This document shows, piece after piece, positions 12,850-26,296 of a stretch of DNA of 64,000 bases. The DNA is from Mobula hypostoma. Its lineage: Eukaryota. The DNA lies in assembly GCF_963921235.1 (NCBI RefSeq), contig NC_086097.1, forward strand, positions 129,086,001 to 129,150,000, given 5' to 3'. The position numbers and the translations under genes were made by a program. A model generated the notes under the pieces. That model was not told the DNA's origin. It ran no database searches and saw nothing but the letters and a program-made list of their open reading frames with translations. Position 1 is the stretch's first letter. Each line of letters opens with the position of its first letter.

Positions 12850-15095
12850 ACACAAGACATAGGAGCAGAATTAGACAATTCAGCTCATCAAGTCTGCTCC
12901 ACCATTTCACCATGACTGATCCATTTCCCTTCAACCCATTCTCCAGCCTTCTTCCTGTAATCTTTGATGCCCTGACTTATCAGAAATCTATCAACCTCCA
13001 CTTTAAATACACTCAATGACTTGGCCTCCACAGTCACCTGTGGCAGCGAATTCCACAGATTCACCACCCTATGGCTAAAGAAATACTTTCTCACTTTCGT
13101 TCAAAATGGGTGTCCCTATATTCTGAAGTGGTGCCCTCTGGTCCGAGGCTCCCCCATGATAGGAAACATCCTCTCCACATCCACTCTAACTAGGCCTTTC
13201 AACATTCGATAGGTTTCAATGAGATCTCCTTCATCCTTCTAAATTCCAGCGAGCATAAGCCCAGAGCCAGCAAACACTCCCCATATAATAAGTCTTTCAT
13301 TCCAGGAATCATTCTCATCAGCTTCCTTTGAACGCTGTCCAATGTCAGCACATCCTTTCTTTGATATGGGGCCCAAAGCTGCTCACAATATTCCAAGTGC
13401 AGTCTGAGCAATGCCTTATAAAGCCTCAGCATTACATTCTTGCTCTTATATTCTAGTCCTCTTGAAATGAATACGAACATTGCATTTGCCTTCCTCACCA
13501 CTGACTAAACCTGCAAGCTAACTTTTAGGGAATCCTGCACAAGCACCCCCACGTCACTTTGCACCTCAATTCTTTGTATTTCTCTCCAGTTTAAAAAAAA
13601 ATCAACCCTTTCATTTCTTCTGCCAAAGCGCATGACCATACATTTCCCCACACTGTATTCCATCTGCCACTTCTTTGCCCCTTCTCCTAATCTGTTCAAG
13701 TCCTCCTGCAGCCTTACTGCTTCCTCAAAACTACCTGCCTCTCCACCTATCTTCGTAGCATTGACAAACTTGACCACAAATCTGTCAATTGTTATCTCAG
13801 TCACTGATATACAACATAAAAAGAAATAGTCCCAACACCAACCCCTGCAGAACACCACTAGTCACCAGCAGCCAATCAGCTTCCTTTATTCCAACTCTTT
13901 GCCTGCTGCCAAATAGCCAAGGCACTATCCACCTTACTATCTTTTCTGTAATACTATCGGCTCTTATTTTGTTAAGCAGCCTCATGTACAGCCGTTGTCA
14001 TAGGCCTTCTGAAAATTCAAGTGCACAACATCCACTGATTCACCATTGTCTATCCCACTTGTTACTTCGTCAAAGAATTCCAACATATTTGTTCGGCAAG
14101 ATTTTCCTTTTAAGGAATCCATACTGACTTTTGCCTATTTTACCATGTGCCTCTAAGTACCCTGAAATCTCATCCTTAACAATCGATTCCAACATCTTCC
14201 CAACCACTGAGGTAAGGCTAACTGGTCTATAATTTTCTTTCTTCTGCCTCCCTGCCTTCTTAAAGAGTACATTGACATTTGCAATTTTCCAGTCCTCCAG
14301 AGCCACGCCAGAATCTAGTGATTCTTTAAAGAGCATTACTAATGGCTCCATAATTTCTTCAGCTACTTCATTCAGAACCCTGGGGTGAAATCCATCTGGA
14401 CCATGTGTCTTATCTACCTTCAGACCTTTGAACTTTCCAAGCACCTTCTTCCTAATAATAGCAACTGCACTCACTTCTGCCCCCAACACTCACGAACTTC
14501 CCGCATACTGCTAGTGTAGTCCACAGTGAAGACAGATGCAAAATACTTATTAAGTTCCTCTGTCATTTCTTTATTCCCCATTACTACCTCTACAGTCATT
14601 TTACGGCGGTCTGACATCCACTCTCGCCTCTTTTTACTATTTATATTTGTAAAAACTTTTGGTATCCTCTTTGATATTATTGGCTAGCTTACATTCAATT
14701 TCATCTTTCCCTCATTTTGGCTTTTTTAGTTGCCTTCTGTTTGTTTTTATAAGTTTCCCAACCCTCTAACTTCCTACTCATTTCTGCCCTATTATACGTC
14801 CTCAGTTTTGCTTTTATGTTGGCTTTGACTTCCCTTGTCATCCTCCTTTTAGAAGACTTCTTCATCTTTGGAATGTGTATACCGTATCCTGCACGTTCTG
14901 AATTATCCCCAGAAACTCCAGCTATTGTTGTTCTGCTGTCAACCCTGCTAGTGTCTCCTTCCAATCAAATTTCTCCACTGTAATACTGATATATTGGACT
15001 TTAGCTTCTCTCTCCCAATTTGCAAGTGAAATCTCTCATATTATAATCATGGCCTCCTAAGGTTTCTTTTACCTTAGTTTCCCTAATCAAATGCA
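12850..15095 (-). mobile_element. CR1 LINE, decayed ORF2
   Basis: GPDGFHPRVLNEVA, NYRPVSLTSVVGKMLES, LEYCEQLWAPY and FFSHRVVNLWNSLP. Confidence 0.93.
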
Positions 15096-15576
15096 AATTC
15101 AGCTATCCTTCCTGGGGTTGTGTTCTCATGTTCATTTTGGATTGTTACTCAGCATTATTTCTGGAGTATGAACAGCAGTAATAAAGATCCTTTGCGAGGA
15201 TCATCCTCAGGCATGAAGCTCAGAACATTTATAGACAAAGTAAGCCTTTACGACAAGTTTATAACAAAATGTGAAGTATTGCAGTACTGCTTTACAGAAA
15301 AATATAGAAGACATTGCAGGCAAGGTGTTTTGCCACATGAAAACACACTGGAATTGAAAATTACCCTCTTTTGTAGAGATTTTCAGGGTAATAAAACTAA
15401 AACCATAAACTTACCATATCCCATCCACCTCTGACCACCCACAGCAATTATATTGATGCCTGGCCCAACCAGACCATTAGTATCATGAGTCCCAGCCCAT
15501 TCTGGCTTTACAATACAATACAAAACATGCACCTAACCTGCAAACTCCTGGCTAAAGACATGTTTTACTGCTACGC

Positions 15577-16641
15577 TGTTAGATATTTTATGTTAGCAGT
15601 TTTTCTGCAAACGTATTGTGTTGATAGTCAAGCTTCATAGACGAGTGCTTTGGCTTTGGCATAGATAAGGAACTTCTTGCTTAGCTTAGGAATGTTGTGT
15701 CAGCCAATTGGGTTTGTTTTGTTAATGTTTTATAACACTCTGTTCAGTGGATGCCATGGAACATTTGAGTGAGCTGGGTGGGATCAGATTTCTGAGGGAC
15801 TGTGTTCTGGGTTTGTATCTTTTGTTGGGAGGTGTTGGAAGAGAAGTGGGTGCAGAGAAGAGCACAAGGGAAGACGCTTGAAAAACCCTGCGCAAAGGGG
15901 AGAACCTATTGCAAGAAGTGCTTTGAACAGCCAAACAATTCCAAGGAGGAAGTGCCAATAATTCTGAGTTAGCCAGTTTGTTCATAACGTTCTTCAAGGG
16001 AAGTTTGAACTGCGGTGGGTGACGTAGGTCCAGCACCGTGAGTAAAGCGATATACTCGACTACTTCAGAAATTAGCTCCAACGTTTCTGTGCACATTTAG
16101 AGTGGTTTAACGGTAATGGGCCCTTTTTCTTTTCCTTTTCTATTAACCACTTGTTAAAGTTGAAAGAGGAAGAGGAAGATGAGGATGAGGATGAGGATGA
16201 GGACCTTAACTCCAAGTGGAGTCATCGGGACACCGTCATGATGGCATTTTTTTTTTTAGCAGGCTTTCTTATTTTTATGAAGGCTGAGTTGCTCACTCGA
16301 CGCTCAACCCAGCACGGATGGAAAGCGTGCAAGGGAGCCGGCTGGATTCCAACTCCGGAGCCTTCGCTCTGAAGTCCGGCGCTGATGCTGGCACATACCT
16401 GTAATACACTTCTACTTTTATTTTATGCCAGTGTATGATCTGTTACTTCCTGCTGAAGGACAACTTTGCATGGGGCAGTATTCACTTATCAGAACATTCC
16501 AACTTTACTGTTTGGTTGAACTCAAATCATACCAACCCTAGACCTGTGTTGCTTACAGAAGGTGGCTTTCTCACTGGTACCCATGCAATACTGAGTCATG
16601 TGCCTGTTAGCCAGAGTTAGCGAGAGACTAGTTTTATTACA
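15577..16641 (+). mobile_element. Possible solo LTR / LTR-like repeat containing a nested SINE
   Basis: tgttag...attaca termini and LTR-like composition. No convincing TSD. Confidence 0.35.
16163..16395 (-). repeat. tRNA-derived SINE with (TCATCC/TCT)n tail
   Basis: The minus strand shows a B-box-like gagttggaatcc after a tRNA-like head. The tail produces the spurious EEEEDEDEDED ORF. Confidence 0.7.
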
Positions 16642-17349
16642 GGCCACGGTGAGAAGGTTACACTCCTACACAATTGGTTTGGACATGTAAATACAATATT
16701 TATTTTTTGAGTCGTGCATTTTCTTCCAAAGTCACAACAAGCTGGCCCAACCCTTACTAGGGAGCCTATCGTTAAGTTTGTAGATAATATAAATTGTGTG
16801 CTAGTATGGATTGTAAGGAAAACCCAGCGAGGTCTCAGAAAGATATTGGCAAGCTACAGTAAATGAGATGAAATATATAGTGAAACGTTGGAAGTTATCA
16901 ACATTGGTAGAAAAAAATAGAAAGGCAAAGCTATTTTTTTAAGTAAGAGATTGGAGGTTGATACTCAGGATGACCTGAATGTCCTTGTCCACAAACCACT
17001 GACAATTCTGCTGCAGCAAGCCATCAGAAAGGCAAGAAGTATGTTGGCCTTCACTGCAAGATGATTTGAGTAAAAGGCTACAAACGTATTATCACAATGA
17101 TAAGGAGTTATGATGACAGCACACCATGTTGTGTGTTTTCTCAAAGGAAGATGATCACTGTGATGGATATTAGATCGATTATTTGGATGGTGGGTTGTTC
17201 AACAATGAGAATATAAAATAAAGCAGACATTTATTCTCTTAAGTTTAGAAGAAAGGATGAATTGGCTTGTTATTTTTACATGTACCAAGGTACAGTGAGA
17301 AACTTTGATCTGCATAACATCCATGAGAACATTTCATCACATCAGTGCA

Positions 17350-17785
17350 TTGACAAAACATGGAGTGCTGCCACAAGAAAGCAGAATCCATCCTCAAGAG
17401 ACCACCATCACTCAGGCAATGCCCTCTTCCCACTACTACCATCAAACAAGAGGTACAGAAGCCCTAGGGTCCCACACCACCAGGTACAGATACAGTTACA
17501 ACCATCAGGCTCCTGAACCAACAGGGACAACTTCAATCCCTCTGATCTGAACCTACATACTCGCTTTTGGGGACGTTTACAGTTCATGCTCTCTGTATTA
17601 TTTTCTTATTTGTCTTCTTTTTAAGATATGTTGTTTGTCAATCTTTGTCTGAGTATGTACAGCTTTTTTGTAAAACTGAGTTTATTTTTCTTGCAAATAC
17701 CTACAAGAAATTGAACCTTGATGTATACTAACATATAGTGTACGTACTTTGATAATAAATTTACTTTGAACTTTGAACTTTGAAA
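17350..17785 (+). mobile_element. Rex1-type LINE 3' end with (ACTTTGA)n tail
   Basis: HHHSGNALFPLLPSNKRYRS motif and tail gataataaatttactttgaactttgaactttga. Confidence 0.75.
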
Positions 17786-18259
17786 TGGGTCGCCGTCTAA
17801 AATTCAGGGTGGAGATACAGAAGAAATTACATCATCCAGAGCTTAGTGAACCTTTGGACATCTGTCACTGTGTGTGGTTAAGACAGATTTTTGAAAATAA
17901 GGAATTAGTGTAGGACATGGAACTGAGGAAAAAGATCCACCATGAGCTCATCAAAATGCAGAAAAGCACGAAGAGTTCAATGGCCTCCTCTTACTTCAGT
18001 TCCTGATGTTTTAAAAAAATAAATGGCCTAAAATAGCTCCATTACTTTAGTTCTCAACTACCTTGAAAGGCACTTTTTCAATCTTATTACTTTAAAATTT
18101 GGGTTTAAGTTAACGGTATAAGAAAGACAACAAGCGCACATGGAAAATCACTGGTATGCACCTTGCTGTGCATCGTCTTCTTTCAACAAGCATTGCTGCA
18201 CTGCGAAAAAGTAACAAAAACAAAAGAGAGGGAATATAATTATCACAGAGTTTGATAGT

Positions 18260-18665
18260 CAAGGGCTTGTACCCACTGGAGTTTAGAAGAATGATAGAGG
18301 ATCTCATAGAAACTTATTGAAAGGTCTAGATAGAGTGGATGTGGAGGGGATGTTTCCTACAGTGGAGATGTCTACGACCAGAGGGCACAGACTTAGAATA
18401 GAGGCACGTCTATTTAGAACAGAGATGAGGAGGAATTTCTTTAGCCAGAGAGTGGTGAATCTGTGGAATTCAATTCCACAGATGGCTGTGGAGCCAAGTC
18501 ATTGGGGATATTTAAAGTGAAGATTGATACGTTCTTCATCAGTCAGGGCATCAAACGCTATTGTGAGAAGGCAGAAGAATGGGGCTGAGAGGAATAATAA
18601 GCCATGATGGAATGACGGAGCAGAATCAATGGGCTGAATGACTTCCATGTCTTATGATCTTATGT
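18260..18665 (+). mobile_element. CR1 3' fragment
   Basis: KGLDRVDVEGMFP...RRNFFSQRVVNLWNS. Confidence 0.85.
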
Positions 18666-20761
18666 AATGCCAAACAAGGAAATGATTTGAAAGTTAAAAA
18701 AATCTGCTTTCTCACACAACTGCAGAGGCAAAATTAACAACTCCAGGACTTCCCACAGTAACAAATACCTATCTTAAGTACATCCCATACATATAAAAGA
18801 GCATTTGAGAGACCAGTGGAATGGATTTACGAGCAGATAGGAGGCTGTCGGCATCACCTCGCATGTACAAACTTTACTTTTGGCCCCACTGGCGGGTTAT
18901 GCACAGTTCACAAGAACAGAACCCTGCCGTGATCTGGGAGGACCTGCACCAATAGGGCAATAAACTAAATTCAAGAAACAAAAAAAACTATAATTTGAAA
19001 TTATTGTTCATTGAGAGACCGGATGCTGGAACTGCTTTAAGTCATTTGTTTTAAAAAGCGAATTATTATGTTTATTCTGTTCTCTGACAAACAGCAGAAA
19101 TTCATTAAAGCTGGATTATCAACCTGACAGGAAAATCATTTAATCTGACAAATTTCAAATATAGTTTCGAGACTGAATTAATTAAATGTTCCATGTTTGA
19201 TTGCATTAGTAGTATGACTCCAGAGCTTGTTTTCAGGATGTGGTTAAAACAATTAAGATGCCTGTGTTTAATTAAAATCCAACCGAATTATTTCAGTATG
19301 CACAGTGGGTCCTTATCAGAAACTTAAGAAAACATATGTGATGGTTAGCATGGAAGCAATGGATTCATCCTCTGGAGTAGCCAGTAAAATCTCATAATAT
19401 CATGTGGTTCAACCTACATTGCTGTGGTTTATCCAGGTGGGACCCTTTCCCCTCACCTGGCTGAACAGTTCATACAAGCTCATCGCCTGAGAATGTGTCT
19501 GTCTTGTCTAAATTCGATAAAACTGAGAAAATCATTCAGCCCATCACGTCTGTGTTGGATAAACATTAGAATTTCCAATCAATCTCCCACCACTCTATAA
19601 ACTCGTCATTTTTCAGAAACTTGTAATTAAATTTGCTTCTGGTACACTGTCCAAAATCCATTACAGATCATATAATCTTTTATTTTCCTCACCAATTCTT
19701 TAATAGTGCAGCATAGGAACAGGTGCTTCTCCCTATGGTGTCTGTGCCAAGCATGATACCAAATTAAAGTAGTCCCTTCTGTCCACACGATTCATATCCC
19801 TCTGTCCCTGCATATCCATGTGCCTATCTTAAAATTATTTGAACACCACTACCACATACAATGCCCTTAATCTATGTTTTTGATTTACCAAATCTTTCGC
19901 CAGTAGAACTAGTTTTTCCCCAAGCCTTTTGATTTTGAACATAACTGCTACTCCTGCAATTCATCATTGGGCTAAAAGTAGCTATTTCTGGCATTTCTAG
20001 TCCTTCCAAATAACTGAAATCTCTTATTCATTGGTCCCAACTCTGAAAAACTGTTTTACACTCTTCATGCCAAGAGAGAAAATAGAATGAGATACCATGA
20101 ATTGAGGAACTGTTCTTGCTGTAAGTTTTGCCATTTATGTGAAGGTTGAGCAAAACGTCCTCAGGTTTGAAGTTTTGTCCTGAGTTGCACGGACTAAATA
20201 TTCAATTTGTGCGGACTCCTCCTTAAATTTGCAAGTCTGCAAGGCTGGAGTTTGGAAGTGTAACAGCATGTGAACATGGTAATGCAGGCCATGCTTAACC
20301 CTTGAGGTCATCAATTCTATATATCTCTGAAACAAAGGATTCTATGTGTTGTTAACAACTTCATCAACACCTATAACCTTATTGATGGTGAAATTATGTC
20401 CTCAAACTCATTCTCTGAATCCATCATTTCACCGTCAAAAACTTTGCTGCAATTTCTCACCTGAAGCACGTTCTATGGTTGACATGTTTCCCCTTCCGCT
20501 TATGCACTCTCAGAGAAATGAGAATGACAAGCTTCCACTCTGATTCTAAGGTGGTTTTGGCTAATGTTGGAACTGTAGGCACTTACACAGATGGGAAGGG
20601 GCTTGCTGAGGGGGTGAATTGTGGGTAGTTTTGGAATGGTCCATCCCTTGCATCTATCACACTCGTGATGCATGCACTCAAGATCCTCAAAACCATCCCA
20701 GATGCTCCTGCTCCTCTGAGAGATCATGGGCCTGAGGCTTTATATGATTCTCTTGGACATT

Positions 20762-21000
20762 ACTTTATTTAGAGAAAGAGATACTGCACGGTAACAGGCC
20801 CTTCTGGGCCAAGGCGCCTGCGCTGCCCAATTGCACTCAAGTGACCAAGTAACTTACTAAACCACACATCTGTGGAATGTGGGAAGAAACTGGAGCATCA
20901 GAAAGCTAAAGGGAGAGCGCACAGACTCCTGCAGCCAGTGGCAGAAATTGAACCCCGGTTGCTGGCACTGTGAAGTGTTCTGCTAACTGCTATGTTATAG
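20762..21000 (-). repeat. tRNA-derived SINE with CR1-like tail (elasmobranch HE1-like); related copies at about 37730-38030 and 43905-44185
   Basis: aattgaaccccgg (reverse B-box) and a shared body cttactaaaccacacatctgtggaatgtgggaagaaactggagca. Confidence 0.65.
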
Positions 21001-21021
21001 TACGCACCCCACCCCTCCATG

Positions 21022-21046
21022 CACACACACACACACACACACACAC
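21022..21046. repeat. (CA)n microsatellite
   Basis: Direct reading of the sequence. Confidence 0.95.
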
Positions 21047-23119
21047 AAAATTAAATTTCCTTCTGTTACTCAATCAGGAATTCCATTATAGATCATATAA
21101 TCTTTTTTTTTAAATCACCTTTCCAATGCGAGCTATGGATCAAGCACAAGCAGATGAGACTAGTTCACTGAGCAACATCGCCAGCAGGCAAAAGTTGGGC
21201 CAACAGGAATGTATAACTTAGTGACTCTATCTGGCTGTGCTGGGAAGAGCACAGAGAGAGAGTGAGTCATCAGGATTGAAGGACTTCAGATATGGAGGAT
21301 ACTGGATAGGTTGGCCTTGTTTTTCCCAGTGTGATGGAGGCTGTCGAGTGACGTGATAAGTTTATGAGTGGCATCTGTAGGGTAGATTGTCAAGAGCCTT
21401 TTTCCAGTGGTAGGTGCACCAAAAACAGGAGGGCATGGATTTAAGGTGAGAGGACAGAGTTTCAGAAGGGATTTGAAGGCAAAGTTTTTTTTTACAGTGA
21501 GACTGGTTGATACCTGAAACTCATGCCAGGAGAGCAGGTAGGATAAGATACAATCATTATATTTAAGAAATATTTACACGAGCACTTGAATAGGCGAGGC
21601 ATAGAAAGATAGAAATCTAAGTGAATGCTGATTTCAGGAACTTACTCATTTTTCCTTATTTCTTATATAGTTCCTGGAACAAAAGGACATAACATAACCT
21701 ATAATATAATCTCCCATACCTCGTCTCTAATATTTTGAGGTATCCTCAGCCCCTGTCTCCCCGAAAAACTGGAACTCTTTCTGAGTACCATGAGCCTTGG
21801 ATCTTAAAATTCTGGATACCCAACAAGTCAGAAAATACCAGGGGTGAAACGTTAATAAATCAGTGTTCTTGATAATACAATTTGACATAGTACCTCTTCT
21901 CACAGAATATTGACTTACCGTGAGCAGTGCCATAAGATATTTGTAATTATACAAAATCATGTAGTTTTCATAAGAATATTTAAATGTGCTCTGAAATATT
22001 TATGTCAGAATGACATTTCTTTCTGCCCTTTGGGATACTTAAATGCTTCTTTCATTTTTGGTTTGTCTCTGGGTTATTTGCCACTTCCACTACCTGCTTT
22101 TTGATAGATTTTTGTCTTTTCTGATGGATTGATTAAATTTGCATGCAAAGTCTTTTTCTTCTTCACTGTGCACGTCTCCCTCCCCTTAGTTCTGAAAACT
22201 CAACCTACAGCTGTTCATTCTGCAGAATCAGGGTTATCCAAGCCTCAACGGCTGAGCGGCAACATACAGGCAGTGCATGTGTTTGCCTGAGCTTGGAGGC
22301 ATATCTCTAAGATGGTGCCGACACTTTAATTGAAACATAGGAGAATAGCTACTTTCCACAACCTTTGCGTTCTTGAGCCGACCTGCAGAACCTTAACCCT
22401 GACCTCAGCAATGGAAGATTACACCATCATGGCCTTGTCTCCAGTTGTTCTTTGATTTTTATGCTCGGTCTTGCTTTTACGCAATCTACTTCCTCTCCGC
22501 CTTCGCCAATTTGTCTCATATATAATCTATATTCTGCATGCTGTCTGAACCCACATGCTTGTGGTGCTACTGCAAACAAGCCTTTCACCTGCACCTCAGT
22601 GCCTGTGCACATGACAATGAACTGCACTTAACTTGCCTTGACATATCCCGTAATCCTGAAGTTACACCTACATACAGGCATGTCAGTAATTACGTAGGAA
22701 CTGCTTTCAGACATGCTGGTTGAAGGGTAAATGTTGGTGGATATTAGATGCTGCCTTTCCTTTCACTGATGTAATAAATGTAATCTTTTTACAGGAAGTC
22801 CACAGAACCTGAACAGACAGGGCCTCAATTTAATGCAATAACGTAAAGGGGGCACCTCTGGAAAGGGAGCACTCTCTCAGCAATGCATTGCAGTGTCAAT
22901 TTACATCTTATGCTTGGATTGCTGAAGTAGGCCTTGAACTCACAATATTCTGATTCATTATAGGACTGCTGCCCAATTAAACAAATTTGGCATACAAAAA
23001 GTGAATGGCTAAAGGCATAGAAACAAAAATATTCCAGCGTCAAAAAAATTCTCTGGCACATTTATCATTTTTCACATCCCTTTCAAGACATTTCAAAGGA
23101 CTTCATGGGTTCAAAGCAG

Positions 23120-23460
23120 TGTAAGATTATGAGGGGATTCACACTTACTACTCAAGTTGGAGAATCAAGAACTAGAAGGCACAAGTTTAAGGGGAGGGAG
23201 CAGAGATTTAATAGGAATGTAAATGGCAAACATTTCACCCGAAGGATGGTCAGTATATGGAACGAGCTGCCAAAGAAAGCGGTTGAAGCAGGTACATTAA
23301 CAACTTTTAAAAGATACATGGATAAGAAAGGTTTAGAGGGATATGGATTCAATATTAGCAAATGGGACTACCTTAAATGGGATTAAAATGGGAACTCTTG
23401 GTCGGTATATACCAGTGAGGCAGAATCGTCTGTTTTTGTACTGTATGACTCTATAATCTC
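23120..23460 (+). mobile_element. CR1 3' fragment
   Basis: ESRTRRHKFK...FTRRMVSIWNELP. Confidence 0.8.
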
Positions 23461-23579
23461 TATATAGCCAATGAAGCCTTGTCATCAGTGTGATAGCATA
23501 GGAAACACCAGAGTAAATGCCCATGAACTGCAATCAACAATGGCTAAATAACCTGCTTTAGTGATGTTAAATGAGGGTG

Positions 23580-23952
23580 GAGATACACCTCAACCAAAGG
23601 AGGTGTAAGGCGTCCCTTCCCTCTGCTAGCCTGCAGGTCACCCTTGACAAGATGTAACGCCTGCTTAGCTCCCCCACCTCCAATCAGGGTGACTTAAAGC
23701 AATGGGCGCAGGTGGTGCAAGGTTGAATGAGCAGCTGGTGCATAGCACAAGTCCTGATTATGCGACCACAGACGTCAGGTGGCAGTCAGTCTCTGAAGAG
23801 TATTGATAATGTTGAGGGTCAGCTACTTTGTGAAGATACTGCTCAGAAGAATGTAGTAGCAAACCACTTCTGTAGATAAAGTTGCCAACAGCAATCATGA
23901 TCATGAGACCATGATTGCCCACGTCATGCCACACAGCACATAATGGTAATGA
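23580..23952 (+). repeat. SINE-like retroposon with RTE-type 3' end; similar RTE-related short elements at about 36950-37110 (-), 47395-47965 (+) and 61525-61930 (+)
   Basis: Ends ...catgattgcccacgtcatgccacacagcacataatggtaatga, resembling the end of the RTE at 9329-9370. Confidence 0.5.
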
Positions 23953-24137
23953 ATAAGGTCTGACTATCGGCCAGGATAACGGGGCAAAAACTGGACCAAA
24001 AGCCTGCGGGCACTTGAAATAACACAGCCATTCAACAACCATGGTGAAAGTGGATCTGCTCTTCCAGTCAATAACTTTTCATCAAAAATGACCTTTCCTC
24101 ACCATTCTAGTGAGGGTTCACTGATGTGAAGCTAGAA

Positions 24138-24217
24138 AAGGGGTTCCCAACCTGGGATCCATAGACCCCTTGCTTAATGGTATTGGTCCATGGCATAAAA
24201 GAGGTTTGGAATCCCTG
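24138..24217. mobile_element. hAT/Charlie-type MITE (80 bp)
   Basis: Termini aaggggttcccaacc...ggtttggaatccctg (degenerate CAGGGGTTCCCAACC inverted repeat). Imperfect 8-bp flanks agctagaa / aaccagag. Confidence 0.7.
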
Positions 24218-24522
24218 AACCAGAGGAAAGAGCTTTAAGATAGGATGGGAAACTGTAATGGTGATTTATGGGGCAGTGGTAGGTAGCAGGGGAAGTGGTA
24301 GAAACAGATGCAATAGCAATGTTTAAGAGGCGTTTAGACAGACACATGAACAGGCAAGAGACTGAGGGATATAGACCACATGCATGCAGATACACAGTTT
24401 AAGTCGGCATGATGGTCATCATAGACATCGTGAGCAGAAGTGCCTGTTCCTCTGTTAGACACATCAAGTGCTGGTTCCGACTAAAACTCGGCAGATCAGG
24501 CAGCATCTACGGAGAGGATAAA

Positions 24523-24560
24523 GAGTCAACATTTTGGGCCGAGACCCTTCATCAGGACTG
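24523..24560 (-). ncRNA. Decayed minimal hammerhead-ribozyme motif in a PLE terminal repeat
   Basis: Minus strand reads cagtc-CTGATGA-agggtctcggccc-AAAAT-GTT-gactc. CUGAUGA core and stem II are intact; the GAAAC/GUC positions differ from the multi-copy consensus at CpG sites. Confidence 0.6.
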
Positions 24561-25933
24561 GAAAGGAAGGGAGAAGAAGCCCATGCTGTACTGCTAAATG
24601 TTTTATGTTCCATATACTTCTCTCCCTATAAATTCTGTCTGACCTATTCAGTGATTCCAGCATTTTAAGATTTTGTTTCATATTGGTCTGGTATTTTCCT
24701 GCTTCCAATTAATGTCATTTACATACCCATTTCTCTATTGATTTCTATTCGGGAAATACATATCCTTCATTACTATGGTGCCATGGAATCTTTTGCCTTC
24801 AGTGTCTCCTCAAAAAGATGGGGCCTTTGACAGTGTTGCACTCTCTCGATTCAACACTGAAGTGGCAATGTACAATAACAGGAAAAGCAAAAGAGAGAAA
24901 GCAGAAAGAAATAATTCAAAAAATAACTATAAAAAAAAACAAAGTTGCAGCAACTATTGAATTGCTCCTTCCAAGGGTGGGCAGAGGTACAATGGGCTGA
25001 ATGGCTTTTGTTTTCATTATTGTATAATTTTGTGAAATAATGTATTAAATGTGACAAACCAGAGAGAACGTGTTCTCTGACTAACATTGTACAATATCGT
25101 GGTGGTATTATAAAAATGTAATTGGATATTCCTCACTCAAGCTCAAACGGATAAAATAATAATCTGTAATGCATATAAAGTTAATTCAAAATACACAATT
25201 GCATAAAATTTAGAATCAGCACTTAAAATTCAACATTCTTGGCGAAGCTAAACTGATTTCAGAATAATTTACTCAGCAGAATCCCATGCATGGTTTATAT
25301 GGTTTTACAGAAAGTTTCCAGCAATTTTTTTTCTTGAAATACTGATCTGTTATTTCCCTACTTCCAAATAATGTCATTTGTACACTCATCTGATTATAGA
25401 TTTTCCATATTGATCTATCTTTGTCAAAGCTGCCCAAAAGCTCCAGGTTTTCAACCAGTGGGATTTTACCAGCAGAAGTATATTGGTGGGTTATAATTTT
25501 ATGATTCTTAAGTCATCATTCCTGGGATTAATCTAGTCACCTAATACTGCACCCATTCTATCGCATGTATAACCACCTTTAAGTGAGAGGATCAAATACC
25601 TCAGACTGCAGAACATGGAGCAAGACAAAAATAAACAGTCATCGAGTCATTCAGCGTGGAAAGAGGCCCTTTGGCTCAAATGGTTCATGTCAGCCAAGAT
25701 ACCATTCTAAGCTAGTCCCATTTGCCAACATCAAAAGTTCAAAGTTCAAAACAAATTTGGTATTAAAGTACATATGTATCACCATATACAACCCTGAGAT
25801 TCATTTTCTTGTGGACATGCATAGTAAATCCAAGAAACACATTAGAACCAATGAAAGATGGCACCCAATAGGACAGACAAACAACCAATGTGCAAAAGAC
25901 AACAAACTGTGCAAATACAAAAGAAAAGAAAAT

Positions 25934-25935
25934 AA

Positions 25936-25973
<38 letters not shown>
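25934..25973. repeat. (AAAT)n microsatellite
   Basis: Direct reading of the sequence. Confidence 0.95.
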
Positions 25974-25974
<1 letters not shown>

Positions 25975-26296
25975 GCAATAAATATAGAGAGCATGAGATG
26001 AAGAGTCATTTAAAGTGATTCCATAGGTTGTGGAACTGTAATGGGGTGGGTGAAATTATCCCCTCTGGTTCCAAAGCCTGATGATTGTGCATAATAACTG
26101 TCTCTGAATCTGCTGGTGTTGGTCCTGAGGCTCCTGTACCTCCTTCTAGATGGCAGCATCAAAAACAGAGCATAGCCTGGATGGTGGAGGTCCTTGATGA
26201 TGGATGCCACTTTCCTGTGACGGTGCTCCATGTAGATGTGCTCAGTGTTGGGGAGGGTTTTACCCATGATAGTCTGGGATATGTCCACTACTTTTT

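Noticed and set aside
16151..16372. ORF with an acidic EEEEDEDEDED run
   Set aside because: Antisense reading of a SINE microsatellite tail.
21912..22100. Strong minus-strand donor-like site acg|gtaagt
   Set aside because: The upstream sequence has no convincing acceptor and does not encode the expected next OFCC1 segment (VLP...FELFLL...GW..FP).
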